The translations under genes and the position numbers were made by a program. DNA of 64,000 nucleotides from an uncultured Candidatus Saccharibacteria bacterium (lineage in GTDB: Bacteria; Patescibacteriota; Minisyncoccia; Phycocordibacterales; CAIRYW01): positions 72,786 to 136,785 of the forward strand of contig CAZKPS010000001.1 of the NCBI GenBank assembly GCA_964554765.1, in the 5' to 3' direction. How positions within the stretch are numbered: position 1 is the first letter of the stretch; each line of letters opens with the position of its first letter. The notes under the pieces are model-generated. The model saw only the letters and a list, made by a program, of their open reading frames with translations. It was not told the origin of the DNA and ran no database searches. Below are positions 28,733-38,256 of this stretch, in pieces.

Positions 28733-28823
28733 GATTTGATATTCAGAGTTGAGGTGTTGTGGCGTGATTGCCGATTAGAATATAAACATAGATTTGTATT
28801 TTTGTCTATGTCTATGTTATCAC

Positions 28824-29087
28824 CTAAATCAACCCAGGATACTTTTGGATATCCTCTTTCTTTATTCTTAATGCATAGCACTCATCTACAATATCTCTTA
28901 CATAGAAAATCAAAGTGACGTATTCACCCTCATCTACATAATCTTGTGCATGTATAAGCCACTCCATTTGGGTCACAGCTTTTACAAAATCCTCTGGAGT
29001 TTGAAGTTCAGAGTCAGTATGTATATCTTGAGTCGGGAGCGAATCACGCTTAATCATAAATCTAAATTGTCTGTCGACTTGTTCCAT
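28824..29087 (-). CDS. Small hypothetical protein
   Basis: 87 aa acidic ORF upstream (same strand) of the secreted protein gene. No domain recognised. Confidence 0.35.
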   Translation of the reverse strand: MEQVDRQFRFMIKRDSLPTQDIHTDSELQTPEDFVKAVTQMEWLIHAQDYVDEGEYVTLIFYVRDIVDECYALRIKKEDIQKYPGLI

Positions 29088-29133
29088 TTTATTTTTTTAA
29101 CTAATTAACACAAGAATTACATTTACCAAAAAA

Positions 29134-29931
29134 TTATTTTTCCTCAGTTTTACCGTCCAACCTTTTCGCCTCTTTCCACGCTAGTTCAAAAAGTTTTTTG
29201 AGAGCATCAGCAATCTCTTCACTTTCTATAATAATACCAAGCTCCTCTCTCCAGGATGCAATCATCACTTTGTTATCATAAATTTCTATATCAGGAGAAA
29301 TGTCAAAAAGTTCTTTTGGTACAAGAGCGAGCTCTCGAGCCTCAAACGGATTCATCTTTTTTCGCTCAAGTGCCAACTCTGTTGCAGGAACAATACCCCG
29401 AACAAACAAACCCTTCGCCGCCCGTCTCCTGTAATAGTCAGGAAAATATCCTTTGAGAGTTTTGTGCATATCATCATAGGAAGCCATTGCCACAAAAGGT
29501 CCAGATGCAGTCAAGGTATCTTCATATACTTTTTTCATTCCCTCAATACCTTCATAAAATTTTACTTGTGGCCGAGTACCGACTTTATACATGGACTTAA
29601 GCTCGGGCAATAGTAATTGTGCATACCTATAGTCCTCTTCTTTTCGCTCAATATTGTGACGCAGAAATTTTAATATCTGTTCAGGATCCTCACATCGATA
29701 CTCTTGTTTTGGTTCTTTCCCAGAAATACTCACAAGACCCTTTTGTGCCAGGCTTGCCAAAATATCGTAGGCACCCGTTCTATTAATACCAGCCCTTTTT
29801 GCAATCTCACTTACTTTACCTTTTCCTATCCCTAAGAATGAAATGTAGAGCTCAGACTCTTTTTTGTTGAGACCCAGCTTTTGTAAAGCGTTTTGAAAAG
29901 TTCCACTCTGACCTTCTTCGTATTTTGTCAT
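29134..29931 (-). CDS. TrmB-family transcriptional regulator (close paralog of 62920..63708)
   Basis: wHTH (SEIAKRAGINRTGAYDILASLAQKGLVSISGKEPKQEYR). The C-terminal IYDNKVMIASWREELGIIIESEEIADALKKLFELAW is shared with the paralog. Confidence 0.75.
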   Translation of the reverse strand: MTKYEEGQSGTFQNALQKLGLNKKESELYISFLGIGKGKVSEIAKRAGINRTGAYDILASLAQKGLVSISGKEPKQEYRCEDPEQILKFLRHNIERKEEDYRYAQLLLPELKSMYKVGTRPQVKFYEGIEGMKKVYEDTLTASGPFVAMASYDDMHKTLKGYFPDYYRRRAAKGLFVRGIVPATELALERKKMNPFEARELALVPKELFDISPDIEIYDNKVMIASWREELGIIIESEEIADALKKLFELAWKEAKRLDGKTEEK

Positions 29932-30105
29932 AAATGCATGCTACCAAAAATCATATTTTGTGTCAAAAAAATATACACAATTTGTTTATATAATACAAAA
30001 TATTATTATTTTATAATACTATAATAGTTTTACTATTTATGACGATTATTTACACTTATTGACTTGTATTGTTAAATCTACCTAGATCAAAGCACAATCC
30101 GTCCT

Positions 30106-30720
30106 TTGACGCCAAATCAAAGTCAACAACCTATGAACATCCCCTCCATAATCTTTTGGATTCTTCCCTTTGTAATCGTCAAGATTGCAATCAAGAAACC
30201 AAAATGGGCCCAGAGAATGGTTGCCTTCGAGGTAATCACTGCACTGCTCGCAATGCTACTCTACGAGATCAGCGATACTCCGGAACGAATTCCTGATCCA
30301 TTTCATCTCCCAATGAGATGGATTTCGGAATGGGTGATACATCCCACATTACTCACAATCCCCTTAGTACTGCTACTTGGATTCATTCGAGTGATACTAA
30401 AGATTATTTTAAAATCAATCAATTGGACTCAGGGTGACAAAATACCCATCTGGGTGAGATGGACTGCTTCTGTGGTATTTACACTCTGGGTTATTGATTT
30501 AATTGTATCGATTGCTCATTGTGGAATATCCGAGGGAATGAAATCTTACACAGATTCGCTACTCTGGATTCCAGGTCGATATCCTTGGACCTATTGGTTT
30601 GTGCTTCCTTCTGAGGCAATAATCTTACTTCGGATGAAGAACGAGCAAGGTATGTGGCTTCGGCCACAGAGGTATGTTGAGTTCCTTATTCGGATTGTTG
30701 AGTGGCCTATCAAAAAGTAG
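30106..30720 (+). CDS. Polytopic membrane protein, hypothetical (likely start ATG 30133)
   Basis: The track ORF starts at a TTG. From MNIPSIIFWILPFVIV there are 5-6 predicted TM helices. Confidence 0.5.
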   Translation: MTPNQSQQPMNIPSIIFWILPFVIVKIAIKKPKWAQRMVAFEVITALLAMLLYEISDTPERIPDPFHLPMRWISEWVIHPTLLTIPLVLLLGFIRVILKIILKSINWTQGDKIPIWVRWTASVVFTLWVIDLIVSIAHCGISEGMKSYTDSLLWIPGRYPWTYWFVLPSEAIILLRMKNEQGMWLRPQRYVEFLIRIVEWPIKK

Positions 30721-30731
30721 TCACCGTACTT

Positions 30732-30767
30732 GTCGCCAGACTTTTGTCTGGCGACTTTTTATATTTT
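30732..30767 (+). terminator. Rho-independent terminator
   Basis: Perfect 10-bp stem gtcgccagac-tttt-gtctggcgac followed by TTTTTATATTTT. Confidence 0.7.
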
Positions 30768-31338
30768 AATTTCCATCTTTTGGCTTTAATCTTTGCCTTT
30801 TGCTTTTTGACTTTTGATTTATTCTCACATACTCCCTCTCAGTCACAATGTCTTTCGGATTTGTTCGATCGAGAAATACAATTCCATTTAGATGATCGTA
30901 TTCATGCTGGAAAATTCTTGCAGGAAAGTCTTCCAGAGTAAGCCTGAGCTTCTCCCCTTCTCGAGTTGTAAATTCAACATCGATGCTTTTATGCCTCGGC
31001 ACAAGTCCTCGAATACCGGGTATTGAGAGGCACCCCTCGTAGCTTTTGATTATTCTCTTTGATGCAGAAACAATTTTTGGATTAATAACAGCAATAGGTC
31101 CGAGCTTTGGAATATTTTTTCTTTTCTTTGTTGTTCGGGACCAGAGAATAAATACTCGAAGACCCTCATTCACCTGAGGTGCAGCGATGCCTACCCCACT
31201 ACTTAGATCACAGGTCTTGATTAGATCATCAATAAAATTTTGAAACTCCTTCGTTTTCAACGCCTTGCCCGAAACAACCTTCGCACGAGTCCGAAGTATC
31301 TTGTCCCCTAGTTCTACTATCTTTAGTTTTTTACTCAT
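30766..31338 (-). CDS. def: Peptide deformylase
   Basis: GVGIAAPQV, EGCLS and QHEYDHLNG motifs. Confidence 0.9.
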   Translation of the reverse strand: MSKKLKIVELGDKILRTRAKVVSGKALKTKEFQNFIDDLIKTCDLSSGVGIAAPQVNEGLRVFILWSRTTKKRKNIPKLGPIAVINPKIVSASKRIIKSYEGCLSIPGIRGLVPRHKSIDVEFTTREGEKLRLTLEDFPARIFQHEYDHLNGIVFLDRTNPKDIVTEREYVRINQKSKSKRQRLKPKDGN

Positions 31339-31443
31339 AACACCAATCTACTCCCCATTTGTATTATTTTCAATCACACTACTGTACCCTGAACCTCCTG
31401 AATGGGAAGTTCGAGTACCCCTGCGAAATACAAATAAATTGAC

Positions 31444-32241
31444 TTATTCGTATTTCGTTCCTGTCCAACTCAATTCAAAAATCATCTTCATAAGTCCGTG
31501 AATTGTTGGATCTTCGATAATGACTCCTGTTAACTTTTCTTTACCGAGGTTTATGATCGAAACATTTTTTTCACCATAGATTGTAATCTCGGCCTTGTAG
31601 GGGAATTTCTCTGCCGGGATGAATCGTGCATTAGGCATCAATTCTTCTTTGAAATCACCGTACGATCTCTCAACAAAGGTCTTGTCTATGTTTGTATCTG
31701 GGAAAATAACTCTTGAACTAATTCCTTTCTGTTTCTTTGTCTTAATATAATTTCTAAAAAAGTCTCTCGGCACCTGTTCCTCCACCTCTTGAACATTCGC
31801 CCACGCGAGCATTTCATATGGCTTCGATACATTAATATGTGTTGCATAAATATCAAGCACACCCTCAATACCTTCATAATACGTAATCTTTGGTTTATCG
31901 GCCGCTCCCAATAACCCCTCGAGATCAGGAAGAATCCTCTGGACATTCTCAATCTCATCTTGGATGATAGACATTTTGGATTTGGCATACCGCACGAGCT
32001 TGGTTGGACTCTCGAGTTGATAGAATTGTTTATTCTTCTTTTCTATCTCATTCACTACCCCCTTTACTGACATTTGGGTGAGCAACATATAGACCGTACT
32101 TCGATTAAGTCCAGTGTATTCTGCAATCTTTGACGGATATGCTCCTCCGAGCTCAAGGAGTGCTACATATATTAAAGACTCTTTGTCAGAGAGACCTGAC
32201 TTTTGGAGCTTTTTGAGGAGATTTTCGTGTTTTATGCTCAT
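31444..32241 (-). CDS. TrmB-family transcriptional regulator
   Basis: wHTH (IYVALLELGGAYPSKIAEYTGLNRSTVYMLL) plus a C-terminal domain. Confidence 0.75.
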   Translation of the reverse strand: MSIKHENLLKKLQKSGLSDKESLIYVALLELGGAYPSKIAEYTGLNRSTVYMLLTQMSVKGVVNEIEKKNKQFYQLESPTKLVRYAKSKMSIIQDEIENVQRILPDLEGLLGAADKPKITYYEGIEGVLDIYATHINVSKPYEMLAWANVQEVEEQVPRDFFRNYIKTKKQKGISSRVIFPDTNIDKTFVERSYGDFKEELMPNARFIPAEKFPYKAEITIYGEKNVSIINLGKEKLTGVIIEDPTIHGLMKMIFELSWTGTKYE

Positions 32242-32363
32242 ATTTATATAATATTACACCACGATATTTTGTCAATTTTTACTAACAAAATATCACTACA
32301 ATCCAAAAACCTATATTTATTAATGTACTAGCTTGTTTAATTGATATTCTCTACTCACAATAA

Positions 32364-33962
32364 TTGACAATGTGTGATAATTCTTGCGGAAAGTATATTG
32401 AAATCAACAAACACACAATTATGAACAAAAGATTTGTACTTATTAACCCAGAAGCGATGGTTCTAGAAAACACGGGTGACGACCAAACCCAATATCGAGT
32501 ATGGCCGCATAATGGTCTGCTCTATGTAGGAACAGCTGCCGAAAAAGCCGGCTACTCTGTTGCCCTATGGGACGAACTTGTTCAAGGCAAGGTCTCGCTC
32601 GAAAACATCGTCGAACCTGGTGACATTGTCGGGTTTAGTCTTGTTATTACTGGTATTGAACGCGGAGTGTTGCTTGCCAAGGAAGCCAAGAAACTAGGAG
32701 CCAGGTATTGTATAGCCGGCAACGACTCTGCAATATTTAGATCTTCAAAAATTCTGGCTTTGGCTGGCAAGCCGATAGATGCCGTGTTCACGGGTGACAG
32801 TTTGAGAGCAATCACGTCATTTTTCAGTCAGATAGATTCAGTACCGATGAGTGATTTAAAAATCAGTGGAGTAGAAACGAATCCCAACCATACCAGCCGT
32901 TCAAATGTTCTGGAATCCCTCAAGTTAGAAGCCGATTCAAGAAGGGGTGGACAAAGAGATGATGGTGACGTATTCATCGTGCCTAATCTGAATCTTTTTG
33001 ATCAGGCCTATTGGAATACCGTGTGGAGGAACTACAACGAGAACTTTGGACACAAACACCCAAAAGGTAAACCTGTCCGAAACACTCTTGCACTCTTTTC
33101 ACACGGTTGCACCCGTCCAAGAGGTACGGAAGTGTGCAGCTACTGTACAATCGCGGAGGTCGCTAACATTCGTTTTCCAAGTGATGCACATGTCACAGAA
33201 TTGGCAGAGACATATGCTCGTTTTGGCATTAATACTGTCTTTAACGCTGCAGACTCTTCATTTGAGATGATTCCCGTCATCAACACACTGAAGAAGCATA
33301 ATATAAAGTGGGACGCGCTCACGATCTACGCTCGGTCCAGAGGTATCGCAATGGAGGGTAACCAGAAACTAATGGAAAAATGGTTGTCAGTGACAAGGGA
33401 TAGATTACTTCTTAATGTGGGCATGGATTCTGGGGATGATGATATTTTGAAGAAAGGAATTACTAAATCATCAGCAGGTAAAAACGATTCGAGGGTGGAG
33501 GAGAATAAGGAGGCAACAAGGAGGATAAAACAATTCGGTGCGCACTTACACTGTTCACTTATCTTTGGTAGTCCAGGGGAGACCTTGGCTTCGTGCCGTA
33601 GGTCGATGGAGTATCTTGAGTGGATGATTGATGTGTTGGGAGACCAACTCGATCAAGCTGAAGCAGATAGATACTGGCTTAACTTCGGATCTCCTGCAAG
33701 TCGAGTGTTCTTTGATTATGATTATGCAGTCTTGCTTGCCTCATATGCGGGTAAGACAATTAATCGCGATGAATGGCACAGACATTTTGTGTTACATGCT
33801 GATGAACTTGTGGTTCCACCAGAAGTTCAAAAGTCTTGGTATAGATTTTTCACCCGAATCGATATAGAAACGGCTGACGAATTCAATGCCATGGTAGCAC
33901 ATAGAATGCTCAGGCATACAGGGAGCATACGCAGTCGCGCGTTTATGCCCCTTGCGACGTAG
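32364..33962 (+). CDS. B12-binding-domain-like / radical SAM superfamily protein with a non-canonical CX8CX2C motif (start probably ATG 32421)
   Basis: Rossmann-like N-domain, then CTRPRGTEVCSYC, then radical-SAM-type motifs LNVGMDSGDDDIL (GxESG-like) and IFGSPGET. G+C-rich relative to the flanks. Confidence 0.55.
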   Translation: MTMCDNSCGKYIEINKHTIMNKRFVLINPEAMVLENTGDDQTQYRVWPHNGLLYVGTAAEKAGYSVALWDELVQGKVSLENIVEPGDIVGFSLVITGIERGVLLAKEAKKLGARYCIAGNDSAIFRSSKILALAGKPIDAVFTGDSLRAITSFFSQIDSVPMSDLKISGVETNPNHTSRSNVLESLKLEADSRRGGQRDDGDVFIVPNLNLFDQAYWNTVWRNYNENFGHKHPKGKPVRNTLALFSHGCTRPRGTEVCSYCTIAEVANIRFPSDAHVTELAETYARFGINTVFNAADSSFEMIPVINTLKKHNIKWDALTIYARSRGIAMEGNQKLMEKWLSVTRDRLLLNVGMDSGDDDILKKGITKSSAGKNDSRVEENKEATRRIKQFGAHLHCSLIFGSPGETLASCRRSMEYLEWMIDVLGDQLDQAEADRYWLNFGSPASRVFFDYDYAVLLASYAGKTINRDEWHRHFVLHADELVVPPEVQKSWYRFFTRIDIETADEFNAMVAHRMLRHTGSIRSRAFMPLAT

Positions 33963-33977
33963 ATCTTCAATAATCAA

Positions 33978-34014
33978 CAGCTGGTTTCGCTTTGCGAAAC
34001 CAGCTTTTTAATTG
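33978..34014 (+). terminator. Rho-independent terminator
   Basis: Hairpin cagctggtttcgc-ttt-gcgaaaccagct followed by TTTTTT. Confidence 0.7.
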
Positions 34015-34134
34015 GAAAACAAAGCCAAATCGTGATATTGTATCGGTACCCCAACAGTTATCGACCCCAGAGCTAAATTTGATTACAAATTTGCTACGGG
34101 GCAAGAAAAACTTATCAACTAATTTTTCAAACTT

Positions 34135-34710
34135 ATGTCTTATCTTATACCGACCGTCATTGAGAAAACCAACCTCGGTGAGCGAGCTTACGATATCTAC
34201 TCACGACTCCTCAAAGAAAATATTATTTTCCTTGGGGGACCTATCGATGATGCTGTGGCCAACACTATTATTGCTCAGCTTCTCTTTCTTCAATCAGAAG
34301 ACCCAAAAAAAGATATCACTCTCTATGTGAATTCACCTGGGGGACACGTGACTGCAGGTCTCGCAATTATTGATACAATGAACAATATCAAAAATGATGT
34401 CTCAACTGTCTGTGTAGGACTCGCGGCATCTATGGGTGCGGTAATACTTGCATCAGGGGCAAAAGGCAAGAGATACGCACTCCCAAACAGTGAAATAATG
34501 ATCCACCAACCACACGGAGGAGCAGAAGGACAGGCATCAGATATTGAAATCAGTGCAAAGCGGATCATTAAGAATAGAGATATACTGAACAAAATCCTTG
34601 CAAAGACTACAGGACAACCACTATCAAAGATCGAAAAAGATGTAGACCGAGATTTCTTCCTGGGGTCAGATGAGGCTAAGAAATATGGAATTATAGACAA
34701 AGTCTTATAA
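34135..34710 (+). CDS. clpP: ATP-dependent Clp protease proteolytic subunit
   Basis: 191 aa with catalytic Ser (GLAASMGA), His (IHQPHGG) and Asp context. Confidence 0.95.
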   Translation: MSYLIPTVIEKTNLGERAYDIYSRLLKENIIFLGGPIDDAVANTIIAQLLFLQSEDPKKDITLYVNSPGGHVTAGLAIIDTMNNIKNDVSTVCVGLAASMGAVILASGAKGKRYALPNSEIMIHQPHGGAEGQASDIEISAKRIIKNRDILNKILAKTTGQPLSKIEKDVDRDFFLGSDEAKKYGIIDKVL

Positions 34711-34766
34711 AATCCTAGATTTTATAAGAAAGTAAACAAGAACCAAGTATTCAAGTAAACAAACAA

Positions 34767-34803
34767 ATGCAGCGCGCCCTACGGGCGCGCTGCATTTGTT
34801 TAG
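34767..34803 (+). terminator. Rho-independent terminator after clpP
   Basis: Hairpin atgcagcgcgccc-tacg-ggcgcgctgcat followed by TTGTTT. Confidence 0.7.
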
Positions 34804-34893
34804 TTCACCCCTCATTCTTCATCCCTCACAACTTTCATTCAACGAAAGCACCCCGCCAGACTTGCGTCAGGGCGGGGGGGGTACTGGTTGATG

Positions 34894-35106
34894 TTATTTC
34901 CGCATTTTTTGGCCGACCTTACCAATGGCGTAGTCGAGAATAAAGGCGAATGATGCAGTGAAACCAATCTGCCAGCGTGCGAGCACCGGAAGACTCCAGT
35001 TGTTATGGGAATAGATACCCATAATGATTGCGATCGCCAAGAGGACAACCGCCAGTTCAATGTACAAACAGACTTGTTTAGGGTCTGTGCGACGAATATT
35101 TCTCAT
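34894..35106 (-). CDS. Small membrane protein (hypothetical)
   Basis: 70 aa with two predicted TM helices. A G-rich imperfect hairpin lies downstream. Confidence 0.35.
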   Translation of the reverse strand: MRNIRRTDPKQVCLYIELAVVLLAIAIIMGIYSHNNWSLPVLARWQIGFTASFAFILDYAIGKVGQKMRK

Positions 35107-35335
35107 AGCAAATTTATAATAACATATTTTATGAAGTAGGTCAACTAAACCTTGACATTTACAAAAACTCCCATTAGAGGTATATTGTATACATTAACAT
35201 TTAATAAAAATGTTCGTTTCCGATACTGGATTCACTTATATTTTTCCCGGAGATTCTGACAATATGCAACTTCAAAAATTCGTAATTAAATTCTTAAGAG
35301 AATAAACAGTTTCGAAAGCGGACTAAATCGCTTTT

Positions 35336-36865
35336 ATGTCATTAAAATTAGTATTTCTACTCCTGGCAGTCGCAGGGGTGGCAGGAATAGCACTCGGATA
35401 TGTGCTCCGAATGCTTATTGCGTTAAGCAAAAAAGGCACAGCAGAACATTATATAAAGGAGGTTACACTCAAGGCTACTGAAGAGGCAAAGAAGATTACA
35501 CTCAAAGCCGAAGAAGAAGCTGCAGAGGTACTCAAAGGTGTTCGAGAAGAATTGAAAGAAAAAGAAGACAAGATCAAGAAAACAGAAGATCGACTTATTT
35601 CAAAGGAAGATCTTCTCGACAAACGACAAACAGATATCGACAAAGAGGTCGAGGCAATGAAACAAAGAATCCAAGAACTCCGAGAGAAAAAGGAGAGGAT
35701 TGATGCGATGGAGGCACAAAAACTTGAAGAGCTCCAAAAAGTAGCTCGACTCACAGAAGAAGAAGCAAGACAAAGACTTATTGCAACAGTAGAGCAGAAT
35801 GCAGAAGAGGATTTGATTGTTCGGATGAAGAAACTTGAGACAAGTGCAAACGAGACTTTGGAGCGAAAAGCAAAGGAGATTCTCACCATGTCTATCCAAA
35901 GACTTGCTAACTCTGTAAGTCCAGATATATTCATCACGTCTGTGCCAATTCAATCAGATGAACTCAAAGGAAAAATAATCGGTAAAGAAGGACGAAACAT
36001 CAAAGCATTCGAACGAGAAACAGGAGTAGAAGTCATCATTGATGATACTCCAGGTGCTATCACCATCTCATGTTTTGATCCTGTGCGACGTGCTGTAGCA
36101 AAACTCGCACTTGAGAGTCTCCTCCTTGATGGACGTATTCAACCTGCAAAAATCGAAAAGGAAGTCGAAAAAGCAAAAGCAGACATCAACAAAATAATTA
36201 AGGAGAAAGGTGAGCAAGCAGCACTCGAATGTGGAGTGTTCAATCTTGATCCACGAATCCTCGCAATCCTTGGACGACTTTATTTCCGAACAAGCTATGG
36301 ACAAAATGTTCTCCAACACTCTATCGAGATGACGCACATCGCAGGGATGATTGCACAGGAACTCGGTGCAGATGTGGCTGTTGCAAAAGCAGGCGCACTC
36401 ACTCACGATATTGGTAAAGCATTGGATCATGAAGTACAAGGTACTCACGTTGAAATCGGACGAAGAATTCTTCAGAAGTTTGGTGCGAATGAAGCAATCG
36501 TTAAAGCAATGGAAGCCCACCATGAAGAATATCCATACGAAACTCTCGAATCACGAATCGTTCAAGCCGCTGACTCAATTTCAGGCTCACGACCTGGAGC
36601 ACGACGAGACAGTGTCGAAAACTATATCAAGCGACTTGCAGATCTCGAAGCAATTGCAAATGGATTTAGTGGAGTAGACAAGTGTTATGCTCTCCAGGCT
36701 GGACGAGAAATCCGAGTATTTGTAAGACCAAACGAGATAAATGACCTTGAGGCAACAAATATGGCTCGAGACATCGCAGTCAAAATAGAAAGTGAGCTCA
36801 AATATCCAGGAGAAATTAAGGTAACAGTTATAAGAGAGAATAAAATAGTGGAAATAGCGAGGTAA
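35336..36865 (+). CDS. rny: Ribonuclease Y
   Basis: 509 aa with an N-terminal TM helix, coiled-coil, KH domain (GKIIGKEGRNIK) and HD domain (LTHDIGK). Confidence 0.9.
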   Translation: MSLKLVFLLLAVAGVAGIALGYVLRMLIALSKKGTAEHYIKEVTLKATEEAKKITLKAEEEAAEVLKGVREELKEKEDKIKKTEDRLISKEDLLDKRQTDIDKEVEAMKQRIQELREKKERIDAMEAQKLEELQKVARLTEEEARQRLIATVEQNAEEDLIVRMKKLETSANETLERKAKEILTMSIQRLANSVSPDIFITSVPIQSDELKGKIIGKEGRNIKAFERETGVEVIIDDTPGAITISCFDPVRRAVAKLALESLLLDGRIQPAKIEKEVEKAKADINKIIKEKGEQAALECGVFNLDPRILAILGRLYFRTSYGQNVLQHSIEMTHIAGMIAQELGADVAVAKAGALTHDIGKALDHEVQGTHVEIGRRILQKFGANEAIVKAMEAHHEEYPYETLESRIVQAADSISGSRPGARRDSVENYIKRLADLEAIANGFSGVDKCYALQAGREIRVFVRPNEINDLEATNMARDIAVKIESELKYPGEIKVTVIRENKIVEIAR

Positions 36866-36895
36866 ATCAAAGATTTTAAATCAAAAATCAAAAAT

Positions 36896-36930
36896 AAAAC
36901 CGCAACCCTTGGGTGCGGTTTTATTTTATT
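36896..36930 (+). terminator. Terminator after rny
   Basis: Hairpin ccgcaaccc-tt-gggtgcgg with a one-base bulge, followed by TTTTATTTTATTT. Confidence 0.6.
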
Positions 36931-37063
36931 TAATTCAAGCACTTTATTTTTGATCTTTGATTCTTAATTTTTGATTCAAGAACTCCAAACATCCAACGGG
37001 AAATAATAATTTTACGAAGCTTAAGTCTAAAACTAAACTATATAAACATTGATTTGTAAATAT

Positions 37064-37091
37064 ATTGCTATCAAAAACTATTGGTATATAA
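37064..37091 (+). promoter_or_regulatory. Sigma-70-like promoter (TTGCTA-16-TATAAT) upstream of hup
   Basis: Hexamer spacing judged by eye. The -10 element lies about 55 nt upstream of the hup ATG. Confidence 0.35.
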
Positions 37092-37146
37092 TGATTATCG
37101 AAAGAGATAGGTCGTGATTACTTAATAAAATAATTTTTTAGATAAA

Positions 37147-37419
37147 ATGAACAAGCAAGGAATCGTAGATGCAGTTCACGCACTGCTTCAAGGAACAAAG
37201 GTTCAGGCTGAATCTGTAGTAGATACAGTTATTGAATCAATCGTAAAATCTTTGAAGAAAGGTAACGAAGTTTCAATTGCAGGACTAGGAATCTTTTCTG
37301 TGAAGACTCGAGCAGCTCGAATGGCGAGAAACCCTCGAACAGGAGAGACTGTAAAAGTTGCAGCAACAAAAGTTCCAAAGTTCAGAGCAGCAAAAGCTTT
37401 GAAAGATGCAGTTAAGTAA
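37147..37419 (+). CDS. hup: DNA-binding protein HU
   Basis: 90 aa with the GLGIFSVKTRAARMARNPRTGE arm motif. Confidence 0.9.
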   Translation: MNKQGIVDAVHALLQGTKVQAESVVDTVIESIVKSLKKGNEVSIAGLGIFSVKTRAARMARNPRTGETVKVAATKVPKFRAAKALKDAVK

Positions 37420-37440
37420 TTAACTACTCACACTTATACA

Positions 37441-37476
37441 AAAAGCCTCCCTTTCGGGAGGCTTTTTGTTTTTTGA
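37441..37476 (+). terminator. Terminator after hup
   Basis: Hairpin aagcctccc-tttc-gggaggctt followed by TTTGTTTTTTG. Confidence 0.7.
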
Positions 37477-37507
37477 ATATTGTAATTCTTAAAATTCCTT
37501 ATTTAAG

Positions 37508-37680
37508 AAAATTAATCTCTCGCTTCCTTTATCGCTTGTATGAGTGCATCACGATCATAACCGCCAACAACAGGATATTCTTCAAGCACTTTGGGCTCTT
37601 CGTTTAATATATCAGCGATTTCGCTTGATTGATTAATTCCTTCTTCGTTTGAGTCTAGAAAATTATTTTCTCCGTTCATA
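37508..37680 (-). CDS. Possible small acidic protein (56 aa), unverified
   Basis: Minus-strand ORF MNGENNFLDSNEEGINQSSEIADILNEEPKVLEEYPVVGGYDRDALIQAIKEAREIN. It is below the 60-aa threshold of the track and has no known domain. Confidence 0.2.
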
Positions 37681-37903
37681 TGATGTTGGGTTGAGAGATT
37701 ACAAAACTCTCAAGATTGAATTTAATTGTTTAACGTAAACTCATTACGATGCAATACGGAGAATGATAGATAAACAGATGATTGATGACAGAATTTCTGA
37801 TGGGATAAGTGAATCGGTCACAAATAATTTATTCACCTTCGTTCATAAATTTTTGCGACCCCGGCTCGCTTGTTTCCAAAGCTTTGGAAACACAGCTCCG
37901 CCC

Positions 37904-37952
37904 TTCGATTCCCTTACGTGAGTCGAACTATCGACTCACTGTCCCGCACATT
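37904..37952 (+). repeat. Inverted (mirror) copy of the 3' end of tRNA-Gly(UCC), interrupted by a 25-nt hairpin insertion
   Basis: ttcgattccctta + [cgtgagtcgaactatcgactcactg] + tcccgcacatt is the reverse complement of the tRNA T-loop, T-stem 3' and acceptor 3' (plus 4 nt of trailer), apart from the insertion. The insertion sits exactly at the T-stem/acceptor junction. Confidence 0.65.
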
Positions 37953-37973
37953 ATCGTCGCAGGCTCCTCAATG

Positions 37974-38044
37974 TGCGGGATAAGGGAATCGAACCCTTGT
38001 CTACTGCTTGGAAGGCAGTCATTCTACCACTAAACCAATCCCGC
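37974..38044 (-). tRNA. tRNA-Gly (anticodon UCC), CCA not encoded
   Basis: Cloverleaf with acceptor gcgggat/atcccgc, anticodon arm actgc-CTTCCAA-gcagt and T-arm aaggg-ttcgatt-ccctt. Coordinates are anchored to track ORF 37809..38033. Confidence 0.75.
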
Positions 38045-38256
38045 GTTATATACTGACCACTATAGCAGATTTTACAGCTCAATTCAACTTGATAATAATT
38101 CACCTTTCAGATTCTCTGAAAGAATGAATTTGAGCTATAATAGTATTCAACATAGTCCGCAACAAAAGCGAGTCACCCATAAATTTATTGAACTATCATC
38201 ATGGACAAAATATCCATAACATCATTATCAACAGTCACTAATCTTTTCTAGTAGAG

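Noticed and set aside
28289-28918. Track ORF 28289..28918 (+), 209 aa
   Set aside because: It is antisense to the secreted-protein gene on the G+C-rich island, and long antisense ORFs are expected in G+C-rich DNA. It has no start context.
35449-35953. Minus-strand ORFs antisense to rny (35449..35937 and 35600..35953)
   Set aside because: They are Ser-rich low-complexity translations of the opposite strand of a well-supported gene.
37809-38033. Track ORF 37809..38033 (+)
   Set aside because: It overlaps tRNA-Gly(UCC) and its mirror repeat on the opposite strand.
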